A program made the translations under genes and the position numbers. 55,435 nt of DNA from a bacterium (GTDB lineage Bacteria; Margulisbacteria; Marinamargulisbacteria; UBA817; JAQBTH01), in assembly GCA_027623425.1 (NCBI GenBank), contig JAQBTH010000003.1, forward strand, positions 1 through 55,435, in the 5' to 3' direction. Below the pieces are notes generated by a model. It saw nothing but the letters and a program-made list of their open reading frames with translations. It was not told the origin of the DNA and did no database searches. Every line of letters starts with the position of its first letter. The stretch's first letter is position 1. This document shows positions 17,171 through 27,993 of this stretch, piece after piece.

Positions 17171-18334
17171 TTAGATTAAACGGGCTCGAATAACGCCCTG
17201 TACGGCACGGATTCTATCTTCTAAATCCGGAACGGCTTCACCATTAAAATCCACAATGTTATAAGCAAGTTCACCACGGGACTTATTCACCATTTCGGTA
17301 ATATTAAGATTGGCATCTGCAAGAACTGTGGTAATTTTACCAATGATACTGGGTACATTACTGTTGCAAATGGTGATTCGGCTTTCGCCACTACGCTCTA
17401 ATTGGCAGCTTGGGAAGTTAACCGAATTGGTAATATGGCCATTCTCAAGAAAGTCTTTTAATTGATTTACAGCCATTACCGCACAATTGTCTTCCGCCTC
17501 TTCAGTTGATGCGCCTAAATGGGGAATAGAAATGACGTTTTTAACACCTGTTGTAATATCATTTGGAAAATCGGTAACGTAACGGGCCACATTACCAGCC
17601 TTAATGGCTTCCACTAAAGCAGGCTCATCAATAAGTTGGTCCCGAGAAAAATTAAGAACCACAGTGCCCTTCTTCATTTGACCGATGCGTGTTTCGCTAA
17701 TAATGTGTTTGGTTTTTTCACTGAAGGGAACATGAATACTGATAAAGTCAGACGTCCTAAGTAGATTCTCAAGTCCGGCTGCAGGCTTTACAGTGCTAGA
17801 CAGTTCCCACGCTCTATCGACAGAAATAAACGGGTCATACCCCTCAACTTCCATTTCTAGCGCAACACCTGCGTTTGCTACCATCATTCCGATCGCGCCA
17901 AGACCAATAACACCTAACTTTTTCCCCATGATCTCATAGCCTTTGAAATTACCTTTGTTGGTTTCCACCAAACCGGCTATTTCTTGGCCTTGATCACTAA
18001 TACTATTGGAATAGTTAATGCCACCCACAATATCGCGAGATGCTAATAACATACCCGCAATCGCTAACTCTTTAACCGCGTTAGCGTTTGCACCAGGAGT
18101 GTTAAATACAACGATTCCTTTTTTGGTGTATTCCTCAACAGGAATGTTGTTTACACCAGCGCCCGCTCTTGCGACAGCTTTTACCTTCTCGGTGATGGGT
18201 TCATCATGAAGCTTGTAACTGCGCAGAACGATCGCATCAGGATCTGTGCTTTCACCGCTAACCTCATAAGTATCATGATCAAACTTATTGAGGCCTTTGG
18301 AAGAAATTTTATTAAGTGTTTTGATCTTAAACAT
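17171..18334 (-). CDS. serA: D-3-phosphoglycerate dehydrogenase with C-terminal ACT domain
   Basis: RAGAGVNNI, NTPGANANAVKE, GLGAIG, PHLGAST, NSVNFP, ACT-like tail. Confidence 0.9.
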   Translation of the reverse strand: MFKIKTLNKISSKGLNKFDHDTYEVSGESTDPDAIVLRSYKLHDEPITEKVKAVARAGAGVNNIPVEEYTKKGIVVFNTPGANANAVKELAIAGMLLASRDIVGGINYSNSISDQGQEIAGLVETNKGNFKGYEIMGKKLGVIGLGAIGMMVANAGVALEMEVEGYDPFISVDRAWELSSTVKPAAGLENLLRTSDFISIHVPFSEKTKHIISETRIGQMKKGTVVLNFSRDQLIDEPALVEAIKAGNVARYVTDFPNDITTGVKNVISIPHLGASTEEAEDNCAVMAVNQLKDFLENGHITNSVNFPSCQLERSGESRITICNSNVPSIIGKITTVLADANLNITEMVNKSRGELAYNIVDFNGEAVPDLEDRIRAVQGVIRARLI

Positions 18335-18342
18335 AGTGATAC

Positions 18343-18840
18343 TTAACGTTTTCTGTACTGAGGCCCTTTACGTGCACCACGTTTTCCGTATTTTTTACGC
18401 TCTTTAATGCGTGTATCACGGGATAAGAATGAATGTTCACGAAGCGCTTTTCTAAAATTTTCGTCGGCACACAAGATTGCGCGCGCTAAACCCATTTGAG
18501 CGGCTCCGGCTTGACCTGTTAATCCGCCACCTTTAGAAAAGATTTTGACATCGTACTTACCATCTAATTTAAGAATACGAAGCGGTGATAACACAACGTC
18601 TACCAATGTTTCGCGACAGATATAGTCTTTTAATTCTAAATTGTTCATGATGATTCTTCCTTTACCAGGAAATAACCACACACGTGCTACAGATGACTTA
18701 CGACGACCTGTGCCATAAAAAGAACCATCTTGAGGTATTTTTAAATCACTTTTAACGGATTTAGCTTTAGCAACTGGTTTTGCACTTTTAGATGCTGACT
18801 TAGTCGCTGATTTAGTCGCTTTTACTTTTGTTTCGGCCAT
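18343..18840 (-). CDS. rpsI: 30S ribosomal protein S9
   Basis: GTGRRKSSVARV, GGGLTGQAGA, ERKKYG; K/A/S-rich N-terminal extension. Confidence 0.98.
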   Translation of the reverse strand: MAETKVKATKSATKSASKSAKPVAKAKSVKSDLKIPQDGSFYGTGRRKSSVARVWLFPGKGRIIMNNLELKDYICRETLVDVVLSPLRILKLDGKYDVKIFSKGGGLTGQAGAAQMGLARAILCADENFRKALREHSFLSRDTRIKERKKYGKRGARKGPQYRKR

Positions 18841-18843
18841 TGT

Positions 18844-19296
18844 TTACTCCTTCTGCAGTGTTACTGGCGTTGGGTTTTGCGCTTGATGAGGATGCTCCGC
18901 ACCAACATAAACCTTTAACTTTTTAATAATCTTACGGCCCAAGCTGTTATGAGGAACCATTCCCCAAACTGCCTTTTCAATAATTTCAGCTGGATTCTTA
19001 GCCATCATTTGCTTGTAGGTAGTAGCGGTTAAACCACCTGGATACCCACTATGACGGTAATATACCTTCTGATCAAATTTCTTACCTGTAACTTTAATTT
19101 TTTCTGCATTAATAACGATAACAAAATCACCTGTATCTGCAGATGGTGTGAAGTTTGCTTTTTCTTTGCCTCTAATGATGCTGGCTACACGGGATGCTAA
19201 ACGTCCAAGAGTTTGGCCGTTTGCGTCTACCAAAACCCAGTCATGAGTAATCTCACTGGGTTTGGCGTGATAGGTTTTTTGTTGTTTAGTTGTCAT
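18844..19296 (-). CDS. rplM: 50S ribosomal protein L13
   Basis: WVLVDA..LGRLAS, HSGYPGG, HPHQAQ. Confidence 0.98.
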   Translation of the reverse strand: MTTKQQKTYHAKPSEITHDWVLVDANGQTLGRLASRVASIIRGKEKANFTPSADTGDFVIVINAEKIKVTGKKFDQKVYYRHSGYPGGLTATTYKQMMAKNPAEIIEKAVWGMVPHNSLGRKIIKKLKVYVGAEHPHQAQNPTPVTLQKE

Positions 19297-19307
19297 ATTC
19301 TATCTCC

Positions 19308-20072
19308 TTACTTATACGTCACGTTTACTAAGCATAGTCCTTTTGCCGGAGCCAAGGTGCTATGGAATTTTTTTTGTTTTGAATGAAGCGATTCTACCAT
19401 AGCTTCCCATGATTGTTTACCACGGAAAACGTCAAATAGATCACCAACAATGTGGCGAACCATATGGTAGAGAAAGCTATTGGCACCAATTCTAAATTCG
19501 AAGCATGTAAATGGTTCTCCTGTATATAAATTACTTAGCTTGCGCGTTTGTAATGAGAACAATTCAACTGTCTTAACAGGATTTGATGGCGTTGAGCCTG
19601 TGCTCTTGAATGCCGAAAAATCATGGGTTCCCAAAAATGCCTTCTCAATTTCAGGAAAGCTTGATACTTCCGGAGTAAAAGAGATTGGCGTTATAAAGTC
19701 TTGAAGCGACATTGGAACCGGGTATTGTGCAAATAAATACATATACTCCCGATAAATGGCCGATTTCTGCGCATGAAAGGAGGCATCACTCTCCTCTACG
19801 CTGACCACTCCACAATCGCTGGGAAGCCCGCTGTTTAATGCTTTCTTTAGACCTTCTGCGGGAATACGCTTAGGCAGGCGAAGGCTAAGGACTTGCCCCT
19901 GAGCGTGAACACCACTGTCTGTACGACCGGCAGCTGTAACGGTAATCGGTTGACCAGCAATTTTTGCTAGTGCCGTTTCCACTGCCTGCGCGACTGTGCG
20001 TCCGCTTTTCTGTTTCTGAAGGCCTAAATAATTAGTGCCGTTATACCAAAGAACTATTTTGTAGACCCACAA
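19308..20072 (-). CDS. truA: tRNA pseudouridine(38-40) synthase
   Basis: AGRTDSGVHA, GTHDFSAF, FLYHMVR, APAKGL. Confidence 0.95.
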   Translation of the reverse strand: MWVYKIVLWYNGTNYLGLQKQKSGRTVAQAVETALAKIAGQPITVTAAGRTDSGVHAQGQVLSLRLPKRIPAEGLKKALNSGLPSDCGVVSVEESDASFHAQKSAIYREYMYLFAQYPVPMSLQDFITPISFTPEVSSFPEIEKAFLGTHDFSAFKSTGSTPSNPVKTVELFSLQTRKLSNLYTGEPFTCFEFRIGANSFLYHMVRHIVGDLFDVFRGKQSWEAMVESLHSKQKKFHSTLAPAKGLCLVNVTYK

Positions 20073-20077
20073 GGGAT

Positions 20078-20431
20078 CTATTCGACCAATTCAAGCATGG
20101 AGACAGGTGCACCATCACCTTTGCGAAACCCAAGTTTCACAATGCGGGTGTAACCACCTTCACGCTTTTGGACCTTTTTAGCTATGTTATCAAACACTAG
20201 TTTAATAACATCTTTCTGCGGGATAATCCGCAACGCTTGACGGCGCGAATGTAAATCGCCCTTTTTGCCAAGTGTAATAATCTGTTCCGCCATCTTTCTG
20301 GCTTCTTTTGCTCGTGTATCTGTTGTTTCAATACGGTTGTAAATAAACAACGATTGAACCAAGCTTTTAAGTAGCGCCAACCGTTGATCGGTCGGTTTTC
20401 CTAGCTTCTTATTTCCTCGTTGGTGTCTCAT
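20078..20431 (-). CDS. rplQ: 50S ribosomal protein L17
   Basis: MRHQ..KKLG, REGGYTRI, RKGDGA. Confidence 0.98.
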   Translation of the reverse strand: MRHQRGNKKLGKPTDQRLALLKSLVQSLFIYNRIETTDTRAKEARKMAEQIITLGKKGDLHSRRQALRIIPQKDVIKLVFDNIAKKVQKREGGYTRIVKLGFRKGDGAPVSMLELVE

Positions 20432-20444
20432 TAGTTAGCCTCGC

Positions 20445-21395
20445 TTATGCCTCAACCTTTTCGCCTTTTAGCGAAAGGTTGTATTGCTTTAATTTGTCAT
20501 TAATCTCTTCAGCTGATTTCTTACCGAAGTTTTTAATCTTAATCAAATCGGCCATATCCTTTTCAACCAACTCGGTTACCGATTCAATACCGGCTTTTTT
20601 CAAGCAGTTTAATGACCGTGCTGATAATTCTAAATCTTCAATCGTTAGGTTAGTAGATGCTTCAGAAGGTTTTACAACTTCTTTCTCCTGAGCTTGATCC
20701 ATAAGGGCCAAAGGACGGTTGTTTAATTGACCAAAAAGATTAAAGTGCTCAAGCAAAATGGCAGTGGCTTCTTTAACGCAATATTCAGTATCCACAGACC
20801 CATTGGTTACAACATCCATTACTAGACAATCGTAATCAAGTGAACGGCCCACGCGAATCTTATCAACTTTATAATTAATGCGGTTGATCGGTGAAAAACT
20901 TGCGTCTAACGTAATCGTATTTACATCTTGATCATCTCTTTTGTGATTCTCAGATGCTGAATAACCAACTCCACGTTCAACATTAATTGTAATGTTTAAG
21001 TTCGTCTCTTTTGTCGTTTCGCAAATGAATTGATCTTTATTTACGATTTCCACGTCGGCATCATGTTGAATGTCCTTCGCTGTCACTTTACCCTTACCTT
21101 TGTACGCAATCCTAACGGTACATGGCTTATCAACATTTAATTTAAAAATAATTGATTTCAAATTACAGATGATATCTAACACATCTTCTGCAACATCATC
21201 AATTGACGCAAATTCATGCTCAACGCCTTCAATTACAATAGATGTAACTGCTGCCCCACTTAGTAACGACAACATGACTCGACGCAATGTGTTACCGATG
21301 GTTAGTCCCATACCTGCCATAAGTGGCTGCATGATAAATTGACCATGCTGATCTGACAATTTGTCGTATTTAACCCAAGTTTTGTTCTCGCTCAC
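20445..21395 (-). CDS. rpoA: RNA polymerase alpha subunit
   Basis: TIGNTLRRVML, LELSARSLNCLK, NFGKKS. Confidence 0.98.
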   Translation of the reverse strand: MSENKTWVKYDKLSDQHGQFIMQPLMAGMGLTIGNTLRRVMLSLLSGAAVTSIVIEGVEHEFASIDDVAEDVLDIICNLKSIIFKLNVDKPCTVRIAYKGKGKVTAKDIQHDADVEIVNKDQFICETTKETNLNITINVERGVGYSASENHKRDDQDVNTITLDASFSPINRINYKVDKIRVGRSLDYDCLVMDVVTNGSVDTEYCVKEATAILLEHFNLFGQLNNRPLALMDQAQEKEVVKPSEASTNLTIEDLELSARSLNCLKKAGIESVTELVEKDMADLIKIKNFGKKSAEEINDKLKQYNLSLKGEKVEA

Positions 21396-21419
21396 AATTT
21401 TCCTCCTGATTCTTTATTA

Positions 21420-22037
21420 TTATCTAGAATAGTATTCAACAATTAACTGCACATCTACTGGTGATTCAATTTCTTCAAACGTAGGCAAATGCTTTACAGT
21501 AAATGACGTGTCTTTAGTGGCGTATTCAATCCATGTAGGTGCTACATAGTTTTTCAACACTTCAACTCTGTTCTTGGTGAATTCACGGTTAGTATCACGG
21601 AATGTGATTACATCGTTTTCACGAACAAGAGTAGATGGAATATTATTTTTACGACCATTTAAATTAAAATGGTTATGACGCACCAACTGACGCGCCTCTT
21701 TACGAGATGGCGTGATGCCAGCTTTAAAGATGACGTTATCTAAACGACGCTCAAATAAACGCAATAGATTGTGACCGGTAACGCCTTTCTGACGCGCTGC
21801 TTTTGCAAAATACGCACGGATGGCTTTTTCTGTAACACCATAGAAATGACGTAATTTTTGCTTTTCACGCAATCGGATACCATACTCAGACAAACGGCGT
21901 TTCATGCCCCGAATACCTGGCGGAAAATTACGCTTCTCTATTGCACATTTTGCTGTGTGACAACGTTCGCCCTTAAGGAATAGCTTAACTCCTTCTCGAC
22001 GACACTTCTTACACGCTGGCTCTCTATCTCTAGACAT
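21420..22037 (-). CDS. rpsD: 30S ribosomal protein S4 (Cys-containing type)
   Basis: CKKCRREG..LFLKGERC, LREKQK, ERRLDNV, IVEYYSR. Confidence 0.98.
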   Translation of the reverse strand: MSRDREPACKKCRREGVKLFLKGERCHTAKCAIEKRNFPPGIRGMKRRLSEYGIRLREKQKLRHFYGVTEKAIRAYFAKAARQKGVTGHNLLRLFERRLDNVIFKAGITPSRKEARQLVRHNHFNLNGRKNNIPSTLVRENDVITFRDTNREFTKNRVEVLKNYVAPTWIEYATKDTSFTVKHLPTFEEIESPVDVQLIVEYYSR

Positions 22038-22050
22038 TCATTACTCCTCT

Positions 22051-22434
22051 TTAAACGCGACGACGCTTAGGTGGCCGACAACCATTATGTGGCATCGGCG
22101 TTACATCACGGATTGATTTAATTACAATTCCAGCGCTCTGAATAGCACGGATTGCGGTTTCTCGGCCTGAACCTGGGCCATTCACTTCAACATCAACTTC
22201 TTTAACGCCATGCTCTCTGGCTTTTTCTGCTGCGTACTCAGCGGTTTGCTGAGCGGCGAAAGGAGTGCCTTTCTTTGCGCCTTTAAACCCAACTACACCT
22301 GTTGAACACCAGGATAGTACATTACCCTTTTCATCGGTAATCGTTACAATTGTGTTATTAAACGTTGCTTTTACATGAGCGATTCCCGATGGAATGCTTT
22401 TCTTAACTTTTTTCTTACCTTTAGTTACTGCCAC
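22051..22434 (-). CDS. rpsK: 30S ribosomal protein S11
   Basis: [27 protein letters not shown]. Confidence 0.98.
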   Translation of the reverse strand: MAVTKGKKKVKKSIPSGIAHVKATFNNTIVTITDEKGNVLSWCSTGVVGFKGAKKGTPFAAQQTAEYAAEKAREHGVKEVDVEVNGPGSGRETAIRAIQSAGIVIKSIRDVTPMPHNGCRPPKRRRV

Positions 22435-22444
22435 TTAAGTCCTC

Positions 22445-22819
22445 CTACTTGGTTACTTTCTTCTTGCCTGCGATAGCCAAGCGCTTACCTTTTTTGGTGC
22501 GCGCATTGGTGTGTGTACGTTGTCCACGTACTGGAAGCTTGCGCTTATGGCGATTGCCGCGGTATGAACCGATATCCATAAGTCGTTTCACATCTTGTCC
22601 AACACGACGACGTAAGTCGCCCTCTGTTACTTGCTCACGCACTTCGTCGCGAATACTTACAATTTCAGACTCTGATAAATCTTTAACTCGTGTTGAAAAA
22701 TCAATTCCTAATTTGCTTAGGATTAAATCAGCCGTAGTAGGGCCAATTCCAAATATATAAGTTAACGCAATAATTATGCGTTTGTTTTTAGGTAAATCTA
22801 CACCAACAATTCGTGCCAT
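22445..22819 (-). CDS. rpsM: 30S ribosomal protein S13
   Basis: [24 protein letters not shown]. Confidence 0.98.
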   Translation of the reverse strand: MARIVGVDLPKNKRIIIALTYIFGIGPTTADLILSKLGIDFSTRVKDLSESEIVSIRDEVREQVTEGDLRRRVGQDVKRLMDIGSYRGNRHKRKLPVRGQRTHTNARTKKGKRLAIAGKKKVTK

Positions 22820-22838
22820 CTAAATAATACTCCTTCTC

Positions 22839-22955
22839 TTAACCTTGACGCTGCTTGTGCCGTGGGCTTTTGCGACAAATGACGCGTAGTATACCACCAC
22901 GTCGTATAATTTTGCAATCCTTACATCTTTTTTTAACAGACGCTCTAACTCTCAT
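22839..22955 (-). CDS. rpmJ: 50S ribosomal protein L36 (below the ORF track cutoff)
   Basis: Manual translation [38 protein letters not shown]; SD AAGGAG; canonical position. Confidence 0.97.
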   Translation of the reverse strand: MRVRASVKKRCKDCKIIRRGGILRVICRKSPRHKQRQG

Positions 22956-22969
22956 TGTCTAACTCCTTC

Positions 22970-23191
22970 TTATTTCAATCGATATATTATACGGCCTCTA
23001 GTGAGGTCATACGGGGATAATTCAATTTTTACAGTATCACCCAAGAGCACTCTAATATAATGCTTTCTTATCTTTCCTGACAAGTGGGCTAAAATTTCCT
23101 GCCCCGTTTCGAGCTTAACACGGAACTGAGCGTTAGGTAGAGATTCTACCACAACACCCGATACTTCGATAACATCTTCTTTTTTAGCCAT
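22970..23191 (-). CDS. infA: Translation initiation factor IF-1
   Basis: [20 protein letters not shown]. Confidence 0.98.
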   Translation of the reverse strand: MAKKEDVIEVSGVVVESLPNAQFRVKLETGQEILAHLSGKIRKHYIRVLLGDTVKIELSPYDLTRGRIIYRLK

Positions 23192-23205
23192 TTTTTAGCG
23201 TGTCC

Positions 23206-23955
23206 TTAATGTATTGTTAAAATTTCTGGTCCGTCGTCTAATACTGCGATCGTGTTTTCATAATGAGCAGACCATTTTTTATCCGCGGTAATTATAGTCC
23301 ATTTATCGTCTAATGTTAAGATGTCTGCTACACCAATATTTACCATGGGCTCTAACGCAAAGGTAAATCCGGCTTCTAGGGTGATACCTTTACCCTTCTT
23401 TCCATAGTTTGGAATAAGAGGATCTTCATGTAGATTTTCACCAATTCCGTGGCTATAGAGGTCTTTTACGACCGTTAAACCAGCGGACTCAACATGGTGC
23501 TGTAGCGCATTTGATACATCTCCCATTTTATTTCCAGGAATGGCTTGTTCCGCACCTTTAAAAAAGGATTCTTCAGTAATTTTTGCAAGATGCTTGATCT
23601 CTTCTGCAACCGGCTCAATCAAGAATGGCCGCGCGCAATCCGCATGAAATCCTTTAAAATAGACACCACAATCTATACAGCAAATATCACCTGGCATAAA
23701 TTCCTTTTCGCGATAGGGAATGCCGTGAACGATTTCCTCATTTACAGAAATACATGTTGCCCAATGGTAATTAGGCACCCCCATAAATGACGGTTCTGCT
23801 CCATGTTTACGTATGAATTCTCGCGCTACATCATCAATTTGAGCGGCATTAGCACCCACTTTCATGTGCTTCGCCATTTCTTCAAAAGTGGCAGACAATA
23901 TACGTCCTGCTTCGCGCATTTTATCAATGTCGCTTTTGCTCTTTAGTTTAATCAT
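23206..23955 (-). CDS. map: Methionine aminopeptidase type I
   Basis: CISVNEEIVHGIP, HGIG..LHEDP, EPM, SAHYENT. Confidence 0.96.
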   Translation of the reverse strand: MIKLKSKSDIDKMREAGRILSATFEEMAKHMKVGANAAQIDDVAREFIRKHGAEPSFMGVPNYHWATCISVNEEIVHGIPYREKEFMPGDICCIDCGVYFKGFHADCARPFLIEPVAEEIKHLAKITEESFFKGAEQAIPGNKMGDVSNALQHHVESAGLTVVKDLYSHGIGENLHEDPLIPNYGKKGKGITLEAGFTFALEPMVNIGVADILTLDDKWTIITADKKWSAHYENTIAVLDDGPEILTIH

Positions 23956-23958
23956 TGA

Positions 23959-24612
23959 TTACTCCTCGAGGGCCATTATTTGACCCTTAATCGTCTCATA
24001 GACCTTATCTGGGGCCTCTGACGCGTCTAATGTAACTAATTTAGATCGGTAATAATCAATCAATGGAGCGGTTTGTTCCTGATAAACGGTATAGCGATAG
24101 CGAATTTTTTCTTCGGTATCATCAACGCGAATTTTTAGGTTGCCATCACAAGGATGAGATTCAGCCGTTGCTGGGTTATGTTTGATATGAAATATACGAT
24201 GACAAGTAGCACAGATTCTTCTTCCGCCAAGCCGCTCAATCGTTTCCTCAAGAGAGATATCAAATAAAAATACTTTATCCAATGAAATTGATAATGCCTC
24301 TAATAGTGAGGACAATCCCTCTGCCTGAGCAATAGTTCGTGGAAATCCATCTAATATACAACCCTTTTCACGAATTTTAGGATCTGTTAAAGACTCTTTG
24401 ATTAAATCTAGTATAAGAGCATCTGGCACCAAATCTCCGGCCGCGATATAGGATTCGGCGGCCTTACCTAATTCTGTTTTATTATCCCGCGCTTCACGTA
24501 ATAAATCACCCGTAGACAGATGAATGATGTCTAGATTCTCAGACAGCTTTTGTGCCTGCGTTCCCTTACCTGAACCGGCCGTTCCTAAAAATATCATTAT
24601 TGGCGCGCTCAT
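23959..24612 (-). CDS. adk: Adenylate kinase
   Basis: GSGKGTQA, STGDLLR, LDGFPRT, LID domain. Confidence 0.97.
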   Translation of the reverse strand: MSAPIMIFLGTAGSGKGTQAQKLSENLDIIHLSTGDLLREARDNKTELGKAAESYIAAGDLVPDALILDLIKESLTDPKIREKGCILDGFPRTIAQAEGLSSLLEALSISLDKVFLFDISLEETIERLGGRRICATCHRIFHIKHNPATAESHPCDGNLKIRVDDTEEKIRYRYTVYQEQTAPLIDYYRSKLVTLDASEAPDKVYETIKGQIMALEE

Positions 24613-25871
24613 TCGATTAAGCCCTCATATCGTCGGTTAAGCAAAAATGTTTCAACCTGTTTAACAAAATCCAACGCAACACCCACTATTATCAACATCG
24701 CGGTTCCACCAAGACCTTGAAAACTAGTGACTTGGGTTACATTAGAGGCGATTGTAGGAACTAGGGCAACAAATGCCAAGAAAGATGCTCCAACAAGCGT
24801 TAATCGCGTTACGATCTTCTCTATGTATTCCTCAGTAGGGCGACCAGGACGAACGCCTAATATAAAACCACCATGCTTTTTAATGTTATCGGCTAAATCT
24901 TTGGGGTTAAATGAAATTGCAGTATAAAAATAGGTAAAGAAAAATATAAGAAAACACAAAACACCATTATACAAAACGCCATCGTAGCGATAATACGTTG
25001 AAAAGAAATCCTTCAAAACTTGTACACCGGAATATTCAGAAATCACTAACGGGAATTGCATTAATGCTGACGCAAAAATGATGGGAAGAACGCCACCTTG
25101 AATTAATTTAAGCGGAATATATGTATTTTGCCCCCCATACATTTTTCGACCAATAACGCGCTTAGCGTATTGCACCTGAACACGCCTTTGGGCCTCTTGC
25201 ATAAACACAATACTTACAATCATCACTAATAACACGACTACCATCGCAATCACGCCAACACGGCTTGCTCCACCAGAGAGCAGGACAACCGTATTCTTAA
25301 TAAAAAACGGTAGTTGAGAGATAATACCAACAAAGATTAACAGCGAGGCACCATTGCCTATGCCATTCTCAGTCATGATCTCGCTTAACCACATGACTAA
25401 AACGGATCCGGCCACTAAACCAACTACCGCATAAAATACAAAAAAGACAAAATGCACATCAGGTAAAACAAAATTTCTGAAACCAATGGACATCACTATT
25501 CCTTGGATAAAAGCCAAGATTACCGTTAGGTACCGAGTGTACTGAGAAATTTGTTTATGACCCGACGCACCCTCTTCAGCCAATTCCTTAAGTTTTGGCC
25601 AAATAAAGGTTAGCATTTGCATGATAATAGAGGCATTAATGAATGGTAAAATACCCAATGCAAAAATACTGAAACGGCCTAATGCACCACCAGAAAATAA
25701 ATCAACGAAACCTAATAAGCCACCTTGGTTAAATAACCCCTGAAGAGCCTGCAAATCTACACCAGAAATAGGAATATGACTTCCTAATCTGTAAACACCG
25801 ATCATAGCCAGTGTAAACATAAACCGTTTTCTTAACTCAGGAACTCTAAAGAGGGTTAAAATTGATTCCAT
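24609..25871 (-). CDS. secY: Preprotein translocase subunit SecY
   Basis: SIFALGILPFINASIIMQ, GIGNGASL, GVRPG, GGTAMLIIVGV. Confidence 0.98.
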   Translation of the reverse strand: MESILTLFRVPELRKRFMFTLAMIGVYRLGSHIPISGVDLQALQGLFNQGGLLGFVDLFSGGALGRFSIFALGILPFINASIIMQMLTFIWPKLKELAEEGASGHKQISQYTRYLTVILAFIQGIVMSIGFRNFVLPDVHFVFFVFYAVVGLVAGSVLVMWLSEIMTENGIGNGASLLIFVGIISQLPFFIKNTVVLLSGGASRVGVIAMVVVLLVMIVSIVFMQEAQRRVQVQYAKRVIGRKMYGGQNTYIPLKLIQGGVLPIIFASALMQFPLVISEYSGVQVLKDFFSTYYRYDGVLYNGVLCFLIFFFTYFYTAISFNPKDLADNIKKHGGFILGVRPGRPTEEYIEKIVTRLTLVGASFLAFVALVPTIASNVTQVTSFQGLGGTAMLIIVGVALDFVKQVETFLLNRRYEGLIE

Positions 25872-26333
25872 TTATGAAACGAATTCCAGTGTCGCCCCTG
25901 CCTTTTGAATTTTTTCTACTGCTGTTTTAGACGCTTTGTTAGCTTTAATAGTCACTTTTTTTGTTAACTCACCGTCACCCAGTATTTTAAGAAGCTCATT
26001 CTCTTGAACAATACCCTTATCTACTAAGCTATCAAGATCCACGATCTCATTATCTTTGTATAATGTATCGATTAATGAAAGATTGATTGCAGTATAAGTC
26101 ACTTTGAACTTAAAGTTCTTAAACCCTTTATTCTTAGGGATTCGACGATAAAGTGGATTCTGACCACCTTCAAAACCAGCTTTTCGAGAATAACCAGATC
26201 TACTTTTTTGACCTTTATGACCACGTCCGCATTCGCCACCATGGCCAGATGCGTTACCTCGTCCAACACGAGTACGATTCTTAGTCGACCCTGCTGCAGG
26301 AGATAATTGATTACTTTTTGGCTGCTTACTCAT
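25872..26333 (-). CDS. rplO: 50S ribosomal protein L15
   Basis: GRGHKGQKSRSG, GFEGGQNPLYRR. Confidence 0.97.
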   Translation of the reverse strand: MSKQPKSNQLSPAAGSTKNRTRVGRGNASGHGGECGRGHKGQKSRSGYSRKAGFEGGQNPLYRRIPKNKGFKNFKFKVTYTAINLSLIDTLYKDNEIVDLDSLVDKGIVQENELLKILGDGELTKKVTIKANKASKTAVEKIQKAGATLEFVS

Positions 26334-27108
26334 CTTTTTTCTCCGCCTCCTTAGGCTCTGGCTTTTGTTGAGCTACTTCGACCGGGGCCTTTTTATCTTC
26401 TTTTGGAGCTTTCTTCTTTGGAAGTCCCTTTTTATTTTGTTCTTTATCCTTTTTAGCTTTATCTTCTTCTTGGTCTTTTGCTAATTTTTTAGTCACTAGA
26501 GTTGATTCGTCTAATTTTACATAGCGAATTGGAAGTCTTTTTCCACGATTGGCTTCTTCTTGTTCTTTTGAACGAAGTGCAGCCAAACCTTGCAATGCGG
26601 CTCTAGCAGTATTAATTGGATTATCTGACCCTAAAGATTTAGCAACCACATTTTTTAGGCCCGCAGCTTCTAAAAGAATTCGAACCGATCCACCAGCGAT
26701 TACACCTGTACCAGGAGATGCAGGCTTCATAATAACCTTGGCTGATCCAAACACACCCATGATTTCATGAGGCAATGTACCTTCCACAATATTTACCGAT
26801 TGAAGCGACTTTTTAGCGCGTTCAATTCCTTTTTTAATTGCACCAGGAACTTCAGTTGATTTTCCAAGTGCAATACTAACTTTACCTTTTTGGTCTCCAA
26901 CAATTACCAATGCCCTAAAAGCAAGTCTCTTACCACCTTTACATACTTTAGTTACACGATTAATACGTATAACCTTTTCCATATAAGGTGATTCATTAGA
27001 CTGATTTGGTTTACGGTTACGTGAACCTCTACGACCCTGATCTCTATCTGGCCTAGATTCATTTGTTCCTTTATTGGCTGTTGGTGCTGATTTTGATTCG
27101 TCCATCAT
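26326..27108 (-). CDS. rpsE: 30S ribosomal protein S5 with N- and C-terminal extensions
   Basis: INRVTKVCKGG, PASPGTGVIAGG, KSLGS.N. Confidence 0.97.
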   Translation of the reverse strand: MMDESKSAPTANKGTNESRPDRDQGRRGSRNRKPNQSNESPYMEKVIRINRVTKVCKGGKRLAFRALVIVGDQKGKVSIALGKSTEVPGAIKKGIERAKKSLQSVNIVEGTLPHEIMGVFGSAKVIMKPASPGTGVIAGGSVRILLEAAGLKNVVAKSLGSDNPINTARAALQGLAALRSKEQEEANRGKRLPIRYVKLDESTLVTKKLAKDQEEDKAKKDKEQNKKGLPKKKAPKEDKKAPVEVAQQKPEPKEAEKKDE

Positions 27109-27116
27109 ATATCTCC

Positions 27117-27434
27117 TTAAAAATCTAACCCGTTTTCCCGGGCTGCTTCAGCCAAGGCTTTAACTCTACCATGATATACGTGGTTTCCGCGGTCGAAAAC
27201 AACTTTCTTAATCTTTTTGCTTTTGGCTTTCTCTGCGATGTCTTTTCCAACTTCAGCAGCAGCCTTTATGTTTCCACCATTCTCTAATTTTAAAGAAGAG
27301 GATGACACAATAGTAAGATTCTTTTCATCATCAATAATTTGAGCATATATTTCTGCGTTGCTGCGAAATACAGATAATCTCAATCTATCTTTAGTGCTTT
27401 TAATTCTAGAACGATTTGGTCGACGTTTACTCAT
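27117..27434 (-). CDS. rplR: 50S ribosomal protein L18
   Basis: [23 protein letters not shown]. Confidence 0.97.
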   Translation of the reverse strand: MSKRRPNRSRIKSTKDRLRLSVFRSNAEIYAQIIDDEKNLTIVSSSSLKLENGGNIKAAAEVGKDIAEKAKSKKIKKVVFDRGNHVYHGRVKALAEAARENGLDF

Positions 27435-27435
27435 C

Positions 27436-27981
27436 TTATTTTACCTTCTTGCCCGCTTTTTTGCGTAAATATTGGCCTTTATATCTTACACCCTTTTGCT
27501 TATAAGGGTCCTTTTTAGCTGGTCTAACTTTAACAATTTCAGCGGCCACATGACCGACAGTCTGCTTATTAATTCCGCTAATTTTTATATTTGTCTGCCC
27601 CTCTAAGGTGAATGTAATGCCTTCTGGAGCCTTAATGTCTACTGGGTGAGAAAAACCTAAAGCAAGGTTTAAATCATTACCCTTCATTTGGGCTCTATAT
27701 CCCACACCATATAATTCTAAATTAACTTCAAAACCCTTACTTACACCCTCGATCATATTGGCTAATAAGCTTCTATATAATCCGTGAAATGCAGGGCCTT
27801 CTCTATGAGTGCTTGTGTTTGACACAATAATTTGCCCGTTGTCACGTTCAACAGAAATGCCACCCTGCGGTACAGCCTGGGTTAATTCACCCTTTGGGCC
27901 TTTGACCGTGAGTACATTCTCGTTAAATGTGACTTCAACGTTTTCTTCTACAGCGATTGGTTTGTTTCCTTTACGTGACAT
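27436..27981 (-). CDS. rplF: 50S ribosomal protein L6
   Basis: [26 protein letters not shown]. Confidence 0.97.
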   Translation of the reverse strand: MSRKGNKPIAVEENVEVTFNENVLTVKGPKGELTQAVPQGGISVERDNGQIIVSNTSTHREGPAFHGLYRSLLANMIEGVSKGFEVNLELYGVGYRAQMKGNDLNLALGFSHPVDIKAPEGITFTLEGQTNIKISGINKQTVGHVAAEIVKVRPAKKDPYKQKGVRYKGQYLRKKAGKKVK

Positions 27982-27993
27982 TATTTACCTCTT

